Below, one piece after another: positions 23,224-30,472 of a DNA stretch of 64,000 nucleotides (positions are counted from its first letter, which is position 1; the number at the start of each line of letters is the position of its first letter). The DNA is from a virus (taxonomy: Duplodnaviria > Caudoviricetes): positions 192,001 through 256,000 of IMG/VR virus record IMGVR_UViG_3300023283_000076, one strand, 5' to 3'. Below the pieces are notes generated by a model. It was not told where the DNA came from, ran no database searches, and saw nothing but the letters and a program-made list of their open reading frames with translations. The translations under genes and the position numbers were made by a program.

Positions 23224-24222
23224 ATGCAAGAAAACAATAAACAACCTAATCCTCTTATAGAAAAGAGTAGGGCAGCTATTCCGGGTGTTGTATTTCGTCT
23301 TCCCTCACGAGGGAAAATATATGATGAGGGTGTATTAGACGAAGGTGTAGAAGAAGGCGAGGTGCTAGTATATCCAATGCGCCTAAAAGAGGAACTCAAA
23401 ATGAAATCAGTGGATTCTATCTTACAAGGAACTGCTGTTTCTGATTCTATTAAATATTGTGTTCCTGAAGTGTTAGATCCTTTGAAATTGTGCCCGGAAG
23501 ATGTTGATTATTTAATAACAACAATTAAAAAAATGACTCATGGTAGTACGTTTAAATTTAAAGATACTTGCATGAAATTAGAAGACCATACAAATATTCC
23601 TACACCAGATAATGCATTATCTGAAATGAGTGAAGAAAATAGAACAAGTAATATTGAACTCCCCGAAGATGTCTCTCAAGATGACTCTGAGGGTTCTGAA
23701 AACAAAGCTGACACGCAAGATGCAATTAAAAAAGAAAATATAAACAATCTTGGAGAAAATAGTAGCGTATGTGAATTTAACGTGTCTTTGGATTTTTTTC
23801 TTAATAATGCAAAAGAACTTAATATTGATGAATATAAAGAAAAAAATGCATTAACATTGAATGGATTTAATATAGAATTTCATCCCATCACATTTGAAGC
23901 GTTTAAAGAATTAAATACGTTAAATCTTAAAGACCAAACTAAAATGGATGATGAAGAATATTTTAATTTTATAAATGAATTTAGTAATGTTAATATAGCT
24001 AGAAGAATTAAAAAAGTTGATGATATATCAGATCCAAATATTATATCTGAATGGGTAGAAACGTTATCTTTAAGTGATAGAGAAAAAATATTTAATAAGG
24101 TAGCTGAACTGCAAGACTGGGGTATAGACTTTTCGTATAATATTAAATGTAATACATGCGGGAAAACTAAAAAAACGGATCAATCATATATAAATCCGTT
24201 GTATTTTTTTTTAATATACTAA
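23224..24222 (+). CDS. gp26: Baseplate hub assembly chaperone, gp26-like
   Basis: FRLPSRGKIY...GEVLVYPM..KEEL and C-terminal WG....YNIKCNTC motifs. Confidence 0.75.
   Translation: MQENNKQPNPLIEKSRAAIPGVVFRLPSRGKIYDEGVLDEGVEEGEVLVYPMRLKEELKMKSVDSILQGTAVSDSIKYCVPEVLDPLKLCPEDVDYLITTIKKMTHGSTFKFKDTCMKLEDHTNIPTPDNALSEMSEENRTSNIELPEDVSQDDSEGSENKADTQDAIKKENINNLGENSSVCEFNVSLDFFLNNAKELNIDEYKEKNALTLNGFNIEFHPITFEAFKELNTLNLKDQTKMDDEEYFNFINEFSNVNIARRIKKVDDISDPNIISEWVETLSLSDREKIFNKVAELQDWGIDFSYNIKCNTCGKTKKTDQSYINPLYFFLIY
24204..24213 (+). promoter_or_regulatory. Candidate programmed -1 ribosomal frameshift site T TTT TTA
   Basis: T9 run. Zero-frame codons TTT(24208) TTA(24211) are preceded by T. The -1 frame is open into the 24255 ORF. 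Confidence 0.6.
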
Positions 24223-24254
24223 AGATCGGAAATACTGAGGAAATTACAAAATAT

Positions 24255-24461
24255 ATGAAAGCCCTGCAAAAGGGTAGCAGAAATCTTATACAATCTGCTA
24301 TACATATATCATATTTCATGCGTGGAGGCATTCAGTATGAAGATGTACTTGAAAGAACTTTCTTTGAAAGAAGCGAAATGATAGATTACATAAATGATAG
24401 GATAAAACGTGAATCAGAAAAATGCAGGGAGAGTAAAGGAAAGCTCCCGCCAATATACTAA
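24255..24461 (+). CDS. Baseplate hub assembly catalyst, gp51-like; possibly the C-terminus of a frameshift fusion
   Basis: ISYFMRGGIQYEDVLE....ER..MIDYI pattern, directly after gp26-like. Confidence 0.6.
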   Translation: MKALQKGSRNLIQSAIHISYFMRGGIQYEDVLERTFFERSEMIDYINDRIKRESEKCRESKGKLPPIY

Positions 24462-25158
24462 TATAATTTCTATAGACCCATCCACCAGTTGTACTGGATT
24501 ATGTATAAATGGAAAGTTATATACTATTGTTCAACACGAACTCGCATATACTAAAAAAGATAAAGCAAAACGATGGTTCGAACTTTCTTCTTCGTTCTGT
24601 GATATAATAACATATAATAAAAGATCTAAAACCGGTTCTTATTCAGAAGAAGAAATATCAAAACTTGAGTATTATTATAATATAACCGATCATATAATTA
24701 ATGTAATAAAATCTAACGTTGTTGATTTTAAAAATTCAGTTGTTTTAATAGAAGGATTTAGCTATGGTTCGTCTTCTGGTCATTTAATAGATTTAGTTGG
24801 TCTTTCTACTCTAGTCAGATCAAGATTATGGAATATGGGTTTTAATATAAAAATTATAGCACCCGCAGACTTAAAAGCAATGACTGCAAGATTAAGTTAC
24901 GACCCTATAGATGTTGGCAAAAAGAAACCTAAATTAGAGTGGAGAAACAATAGTGGTGTGTCTGGTGGATCCTTTGATAAACATGATATGTATTCAGCAA
25001 TATTAGACAGTAGTAAAACAAACTCAAAATGGAAAACATTTTTACAAGAATATTCAGATGAAATATTGAACATGAAAAATGTTCCAAAACCTATAGATGA
25101 TATTAATGATGCGTTTTTATTATATAAAATATTTAAAGAGAGTTTAACCCCCCGATAA
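24409..25158 (+). CDS. RuvC-like (RNase H fold) nuclease, putative Holliday junction resolvase
   Basis: ISIDPSTSCTG (Asp), VLIEGFSYG (Glu), APADLK, and KPIDDINDA (Asp pair). Confidence 0.75.
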   Translation: MNQKNAGRVKESSRQYTNIISIDPSTSCTGLCINGKLYTIVQHELAYTKKDKAKRWFELSSSFCDIITYNKRSKTGSYSEEEISKLEYYYNITDHIINVIKSNVVDFKNSVVLIEGFSYGSSSGHLIDLVGLSTLVRSRLWNMGFNIKIIAPADLKAMTARLSYDPIDVGKKKPKLEWRNNSGVSGGSFDKHDMYSAILDSSKTNSKWKTFLQEYSDEILNMKNVPKPIDDINDAFLLYKIFKESLTPR

Positions 25159-25161
25159 ATA
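25154..25161 (+). promoter_or_regulatory. Late promoter variant GATAAATA
   Basis: 28 nt upstream of ORF 25189. Confidence 0.55.
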
Positions 25162-25188
25162 GTTTAATACTGTTCAATTATATATAAG

Positions 25189-26532
25189 ATGAAAATACAA
25201 AATGTAATACATATTGTCGAAAATGTTTTATTTGAAATATCTAGACATGGTAGTGAATCCGCAACTCATATGTCTGACGAAGATTATCAAGAAGTTCGTC
25301 AATTTTTAAATGTTTTAGTTAATATAATTAAAACAGAAAGTGACAATAAAGACATGTCATTGAAAGAGTTGAACTCTAGCCTTCAACTTATTAGGAACAA
25401 TAGTGCCAAACAATATATATTCGGAAAATCTAAATCAATTAAAAGATCTTCCACCCAGTCATCATATCGAAAAGATGATGAAGAACGGATATCTTCATTT
25501 GCTGGCCCAGAAGAGAAAGAATTTTCAGTGTCTTCCCAGAGAGCGGAAGACACTGTACATGTAGCTAAAGCATTGGATAAAATGGGTTATGTTAAACTGG
25601 ATTTTGCTTCTGAAACCTTTAATATCATAGACACACCAGCACTTGCTAGAATAAGAAACATGGTTCAAGTTGGGTTCGACCGTGCAAAACTTTCTACTGT
25701 ATCTCAAGCATTGGAAAGATTTGATGATCTTAGACATCTATATGCGGGCTATGCAAAAAATAGATTACAACCAGATGAGGATACTATACATGGTCAATCA
25801 CAGATTAAAGAGTTGACACCTAACATCATGGCATTTTTAGCTCAAGTTAGTAGAAAAAGAAAGGGTGGTGAAAAATGGCATGAACATCTAGATCCGAGTA
25901 ATTATGAAAATAGATATTTCCGTGGCAATACAGAAGGATACTTTACTTATGATCCTCATGAAGCTGCTGATGAGTTACAGCGTTTAGGGTTAGCTAAACA
26001 AACAAAATCTGGAACATATACATTAGATAAGGATAGTATAGAAAAATCTGTAAGAGAATTCAAGAGAATCGCAGAAACATTATTATCTGGTGCATTATTA
26101 GTCAATCCAATTAGTAAAACCGGAGCCCCAAACGAAAAAGAGCAAAAAGTTAGACAAACCATTAATTTTGTAAAACAACATTTTTCAGACAAAATTTGGA
26201 ATAATGCGAAAAAAAGTGTATATCGTAAAATGGAAGATGTCGGGGGATCTGTAAAACAGGCACTAGACTTTTATATTAGTTCTAAAGAACAAACAGGACT
26301 AAACGCTGATAGTAGAGTTTCAAAACAATTGAATGATGTAGATAAAACTATTGTGGGCACCGTTATAGATTTTGCGACGGCAAAATTGGTATTGCGTAAA
26401 ATGTTGTTTGATGCACGTTATGTATTGGGTAATCCTAAGAAAAATGTTCCTAATTTCATTTCCACCAAGGATGTTTCTCTTGCCGGTAGAGTCATTGATA
26501 AGGGAATACATACTCGAAAAGCTAGAGTTTAA
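25189..26532 (+). CDS. Hypothetical late protein, candidate internal head protein
   Basis: 447 aa with a late promoter. The N-terminus MKIQNVIHIVENVLFE contains I/L-x-E sites. Confidence 0.55.
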   Translation: MKIQNVIHIVENVLFEISRHGSESATHMSDEDYQEVRQFLNVLVNIIKTESDNKDMSLKELNSSLQLIRNNSAKQYIFGKSKSIKRSSTQSSYRKDDEERISSFAGPEEKEFSVSSQRAEDTVHVAKALDKMGYVKLDFASETFNIIDTPALARIRNMVQVGFDRAKLSTVSQALERFDDLRHLYAGYAKNRLQPDEDTIHGQSQIKELTPNIMAFLAQVSRKRKGGEKWHEHLDPSNYENRYFRGNTEGYFTYDPHEAADELQRLGLAKQTKSGTYTLDKDSIEKSVREFKRIAETLLSGALLVNPISKTGAPNEKEQKVRQTINFVKQHFSDKIWNNAKKSVYRKMEDVGGSVKQALDFYISSKEQTGLNADSRVSKQLNDVDKTIVGTVIDFATAKLVLRKMLFDARYVLGNPKKNVPNFISTKDVSLAGRVIDKGIHTRKARV

Positions 26533-26546
26533 ATGTTAAACAAATC

Positions 26547-26577
26547 TTGACACACATCTTTTAAGGGTGTATAAATA
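26547..26577 (+). promoter_or_regulatory. Composite promoter: sigma70 TTGACA-17-TATAAA whose -10 is also the late consensus TATAAATA
   Basis: TTGACA 26547-26552, 17-nt spacer, TATAAATA 26570-26577. No ORF of 60 aa or more follows for ~640 nt. Confidence 0.8.
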
Positions 26578-26579
26578 AC

Positions 26580-26960
26580 ACACTGTTCGTTGATATACAT
26601 GATTTCAACGCTACAATTAAACATTTTAAAATCCTGAACAGGCTGCACAATAGCACTTATACAGTGTTCGTCGGACAAGGGTGATATTAAATGATGAAAA
26701 ATAATATCAGTTTACTCCCCTTAAAGGTCTGGATGAGAGAATAGTATATTGAAAAGGTTTTAGCAGGGTTCAAACTAATAATATATTATATTCTTGACTC
26801 ATCGAAACCCCTCTCAATATTCATCATGTTGAGAGAGGTCCTGAATCTTTTTTAAGATTGTGAGGATCGACAGTCATTATTCATGTAATGATGATATCTT
26901 TAAATGATGGTATAAAGATTTTGATGTCACACCATCTAGGTTGGAGAGGGCAATTTCCTA
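26580..26960 (+). ncRNA. Candidate large structured non-coding RNA, family not recognised
   Basis: Strong promoter upstream, no ORF, and at least 7 stems found by eye (listed in findings). Confidence 0.45.
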
Positions 26961-27005
26961 ATTTAAATTTTAAATAAAAAATGGGGGAGGGAGAGTCTTT
27001 AAAAC

Positions 27006-27030
27006 TCTTAGAAGTTGAATCTTAGAAGTT
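27006..27030. repeat. 11-bp direct repeat TCTTAGAAGTT x2
   Basis: Copies at 27006-27016 and 27020-27030. Confidence 0.8.
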
Positions 27031-27050
27031 AAAGATAAAATTGTCAAAAA

Positions 27051-27168
27051 AGACAATAAAAATGCGAGCGTTAGCGAGTATTTTTATTGTCTCTTCCGAT
27101 GAAAAGAAATATAAATTTTTCAAAAACTGGCGTTTTTGCAGGGAGTTCTTTTTTCAAGAACTCCCTGC
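27051..27168. repeat. Cluster of three inverted repeats/hairpins
   Basis: 13-bp stem 27051-27063/27080-27092, 7-bp stem 27121-27127/27132-27138, and 13-bp stem 27138-27150/27156-27168. Confidence 0.9.
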
Positions 27169-27171
27169 CTC

Positions 27172-27200
27172 TTGATTATTTGTGGTACCTGTGGTAGAAT
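27172..27200 (+). promoter_or_regulatory. Sigma70-type promoter TTGATT-17-TAGAAT with extended -10
   Basis: Upstream of the helicase. It implies the true start is ATG 27224 (SD GGAG at 27214), not GTG 27182. Confidence 0.7.
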
Positions 27201-27223
27201 GTGTTTTAAAAATGGAGACCATA

Positions 27224-28885
27224 ATGCCCTTACTGACAGAAGCTCAACTTTTAGAAAAGAAAGAACAAGAGCTTATAGACCAATTAGATAAAAGAACAAT
27301 GAATAAAAGTTGGGGAACAATATTACCAAAATTTACTCCTAGAAGCTCTCAGACACATGTGATGGAATGGATTAATGAATTGCCAGCACATGTTAAATAT
27401 GTAATGTGTGAGATGCCTGTGGGATCAGGCAAATCTCCTCTAGCAATGGCGTTCAGTGGTTATATCAATAATGGAATGGGTAATGCCTTCATAATGACAC
27501 CACAAAAGACATTACAACGCCAGTACGAAGAATCATTTGAAAAAGAAATATTAGCTTCAGTATACGGGCGTTCGAATTATAAATGCGAAGCGAAAAATAC
27601 AACATGTGATGTAGGGTCAGATATTAAACCTAAATGTGAAGAATGCCCAGCAGATTGCGCTAGAGAGGTAGCATTGAGTTCTCCTAATATGGTATTGAAT
27701 TATAGTATTGCATTGACGTATTTTAAATATCTTAAACATAAAATACCTGCACGAGATGTTATGGTATTTGATGAATGTCATGTATTAGAATCACATTTGG
27801 TAGAATTCAGTTCATTGAATATCAGCAAGAATATATGTAAAAAATATTCAGTAAAATTTAAAAAACCGAAAAACTCTGATGATGCCATTCAATTTCTAGA
27901 AAAGGTATATCATCCTGCAGTATGTGAAAAAATTAGTGAATATAGAAAGCATATAACGCAGTTAGACAATTCTTTTAGTAATAAGCTATCCAAGGCTGAC
28001 ATTAAAGTAATAAAAGCTTACAAAGCTGCTACAGAGCATAGAGACACCATTCAAGAGGTATTGTCTACAGATAGAAAATACTTTGATAAAAAGTATGTAT
28101 TAATTGTTGATAATGATTATTTTAAATTTAAAGAATTATTCGGTAAAAACAATTTTAGAAACTTATGTTTACCTAAAGCAAATCGTTTTCTATTCATGTC
28201 ATCTACAATATTGGATAAAGAAGGCTTCTGTAATGATTTGGGTATCAATTCAGATGAAGCTGCAATGATTTCAGTTGATTCAGAATTTAATGTACAAAAT
28301 CGAGAAGTAATATATAAACCAATAACAAAAATGAACTATGGTTGGCATACCCCAGAACGCTCAAATGAACGTAAAAAAATGATTAAAACCATAAATCATA
28401 TATGCAATTACCATAACAACGAATCTGGTATAATTCATAGTGGAAGTTTTAAAGTTGCAGAATGGATATTACATAATATAAACTGTCCACATGAAATCAT
28501 TGACCACAACCCAAGTGGAGAAAGAACTAGAGATGATGCCATCGAATATTTTTTGGAAAATTCACAATTACGACCGATGATATTGGTATCACCTTCTGTG
28601 ACTGAGGGCATGGATTTAAAGGACGACCGTGCTAGATTTGGGATTATCACAAAAGTGCCATATCCATTTTTGGGTGATGCATGGGTTAAAAGACGTATGC
28701 AATTATCTAAAGATTGGTATAATCGTCAGGCCATTACGGGAATCATCCAAGGCTGCGGACGTGTTGTACGTTCTAAAGAGGATTGGGGACAAATTTATAT
28801 ACTTGACGAATCTTTTTCTTATTTGTATAAGCAAACATTAAAAATGATTCCCCAATGGTGGAAAGACGGACTAATTGTACTCTAA
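27224..28885 (+). CDS. DinG/YoaA-like SF2 helicase (Fe-S type)
   Basis: EMPVGSGKS Walker A, MTPQKTLQ, Cys cluster CE..N.TC....KC..C...C, FDECH, MSSTI, SPSVTEGMD....RFGII.KVPYP, QGCGRVVR...DWG..YILD. Confidence 0.9.
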   Translation: MPLLTEAQLLEKKEQELIDQLDKRTMNKSWGTILPKFTPRSSQTHVMEWINELPAHVKYVMCEMPVGSGKSPLAMAFSGYINNGMGNAFIMTPQKTLQRQYEESFEKEILASVYGRSNYKCEAKNTTCDVGSDIKPKCEECPADCAREVALSSPNMVLNYSIALTYFKYLKHKIPARDVMVFDECHVLESHLVEFSSLNISKNICKKYSVKFKKPKNSDDAIQFLEKVYHPAVCEKISEYRKHITQLDNSFSNKLSKADIKVIKAYKAATEHRDTIQEVLSTDRKYFDKKYVLIVDNDYFKFKELFGKNNFRNLCLPKANRFLFMSSTILDKEGFCNDLGINSDEAAMISVDSEFNVQNREVIYKPITKMNYGWHTPERSNERKKMIKTINHICNYHNNESGIIHSGSFKVAEWILHNINCPHEIIDHNPSGERTRDDAIEYFLENSQLRPMILVSPSVTEGMDLKDDRARFGIITKVPYPFLGDAWVKRRMQLSKDWYNRQAITGIIQGCGRVVRSKEDWGQIYILDESFSYLYKQTLKMIPQWWKDGLIVL

Positions 28886-28960
28886 GAGATCGTCTAATTG
28901 TACCTTACATGTATCATGGAGTTGATAGTATCATTTTTTCACGGTGAAAGTACCCCTTTA

Positions 28961-28990
28961 TTGACAAACGACAATGTTATATGGTAGTAT
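28961..28990 (+). promoter_or_regulatory. Sigma70-type promoter TTGACA-18-TAGTAT (TGn extended)
   Basis: Upstream of the small-ORF cluster 29018-30390. Confidence 0.7.
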
Positions 28991-29017
28991 GGTAAATAAA
29001 TTACAAAGATATATAGA

Positions 29018-29197
29018 ATGAAAAAATTAAAAGATCTATACTATAGAGAACACAAGCGTTGTCCTAAATGTGGAAATGCTACACTTTATCAAAATTACGT
29101 TGGATTTATAGAACGTCATGGGGTAATTTATAAAGATATGAATGATGCATCGTGTAAATGTGGTTGGCGTGGCATGGTACATGATTTAATAAAATAA
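29018..29197 (+). CDS. Small Zn-ribbon protein (59 aa, below the ORF-track cutoff)
   Basis: MKKLKDLYYREHKRCPKCG...SCKCGWRG with CxxC and CxC pairs. Fills the gap after a promoter. Confidence 0.7.
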   Translation: MKKLKDLYYREHKRCPKCGNATLYQNYVGFIERHGVIYKDMNDASCKCGWRGMVHDLIK

Positions 29198-29210
29198 TTG
29201 GAGAAATTAA

Positions 29211-29645
29211 ATGACAGATGAATTTATAAAAATGATAAATGAAATCGAGAAGGGACGTGTACAATATCTTGATATACCAATTAAAGATTGGGAAAAACTA
29301 CGTGATGCACATTATAGAGAAATTCATAAAAAAGAAGAAACACAAACCGATGATAATGTAATAACAGTTGATATTCCTGAAAAAGAGTTGTTAAGTTTAT
29401 GCTTAATGGCACATGAAAAAAATATAACGTTAAATCAATTAGTAAATGACATATTGCGTGATACAATAAAACAGAAACAACCAATTGACCAAACTGAATT
29501 TTTAAATGAATGTTATAAAATTTTTAGTTTTGGTTTAATACAAATAGAGTCATCACTTAGACACAATAATATTAAAGGAGCTAAGGAAAAAATTGCCAAA
29601 ATGTGGGAAGAAGTGGCCACTGCCGAGAGGTTATATACGGATTAA
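29211..29645 (+). CDS. Hypothetical protein, possible ribbon-helix-helix/HicB-like segment
   Basis: SD GGAG. Contains ITVDIPEKEL...AHEKNITLNQLVNDILR. Confidence 0.6.
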   Translation: MTDEFIKMINEIEKGRVQYLDIPIKDWEKLRDAHYREIHKKEETQTDDNVITVDIPEKELLSLCLMAHEKNITLNQLVNDILRDTIKQKQPIDQTEFLNECYKIFSFGLIQIESSLRHNNIKGAKEKIAKMWEEVATAERLYTD

Positions 29646-29654
29646 GGATTAAGT

Positions 29655-29876
29655 ATGAGAAATTTTTTAAAAACTGTAAAACATGTATCGTTTAAAGAAC
29701 TTAAAAAAATTGTTAAATCTCAAGATATGGATTATGCTGGCATATGTGACCCCGGACAACCGTCGAAAGAAGCTCAGGAGTTATATAAAAGATCGATGGA
29801 AGCAGAATTTAATCCTATGGAACGTAGACTTATTCGATATGAATTGAACATAGAAGGGTTGAGCGATCCAGAATAA
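29655..29876 (+). CDS. Hypothetical protein
   Basis: 73 aa, SD AAGGA, operon spacing. Confidence 0.6.
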   Translation: MRNFLKTVKHVSFKELKKIVKSQDMDYAGICDPGQPSKEAQELYKRSMEAEFNPMERRLIRYELNIEGLSDPE

Positions 29877-29898
29877 TATATTATTTAGGAGATAAAAA

Positions 29899-30390
29899 AT
29901 GGTAGAGAAAGTAATAATCGAAAAATATCGATCATTTGATGAAAAACTATTTGACGATATCGAAAGTTGCAAAAATCATGAACATCTTATTATAGATATA
30001 AGATCAGTAGAAATGGCATTAGAACCCATCCCAAAGGATGTTAATTTTCTTAATGGTCATGGATACGTCCAACATAACCCATTAAACTTTAATATTGCTA
30101 TGAGTTCTTTATTTGAATTGTTAAAATCGCATATTAATGACACACCAGAGAATAAAGGGGTAAGGTCCGCAGTAGAAGATGCATGTAGAGTATCGGAGCA
30201 CACACCCGAAAAAATGTCCAATCTATCTAGATTGTTGGAATATAATGGTGTTAATTCTTATTTGATTGCTTTGATGCGAGACAGATTCAATAATATTGAT
30301 AGTAGGCTTAGAGAATGGGGGCAATTATATTTTGCATTAAATCCCGACGCGGGTGACCAACATTGTTTAAATAAGAAAGAAATATGTTAA
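29899..30390 (+). CDS. Hypothetical protein
   Basis: 163 aa, SD AGGAG. Confidence 0.7.
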   Translation: MVEKVIIEKYRSFDEKLFDDIESCKNHEHLIIDIRSVEMALEPIPKDVNFLNGHGYVQHNPLNFNIAMSSLFELLKSHINDTPENKGVRSAVEDACRVSEHTPEKMSNLSRLLEYNGVNSYLIALMRDRFNNIDSRLREWGQLYFALNPDAGDQHCLNKKEIC

Positions 30391-30472
30391 GGGAATGGAA
30401 TTTGGCACCCTTCCCCTCCTAAAGTGCGAGAAGGAAAGGAGTCTTTGCTTTTTGATAAAAACTTAAAAAAAA

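Noticed and set aside
26691-26744. 17-codon ORF MMKNNISLLPLKVWMRE with SD-like AAGGGTGA
   Set aside because: Too short to support, and its SD and start lie within predicted stems. It remains possible as a leader peptide.
26729-26845. Hammerhead ribozyme-like order CTGGATGAG...CGAAAC...GTC
   Set aside because: Stem III and the GUC triplet fit, but the core has an extra G relative to CUGANGA, no adjacent stem I forms, and GATGAG pairs better with CTCATC. Not called, though a cleavage test is cheap.
26660-26940. tmRNA- or tRNA-like fragments (GGACAAGGG, GGGTTCAAA, GGATCGAC, CACACCA)
   Set aside because: No acceptor stem with a G3-U70 pair and no closed T-arm could be built.
27138-27168. 13-bp hairpin as an intrinsic terminator
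   Set aside because: There is no U-tract on either strand, so it is listed only as an inverted repeat.
30391-30472. Possible terminator between convergent genes
   Set aside because: Only an imperfect purine/pyrimidine stem (CCTTCC...GGAAAGG), not convincing enough to call.
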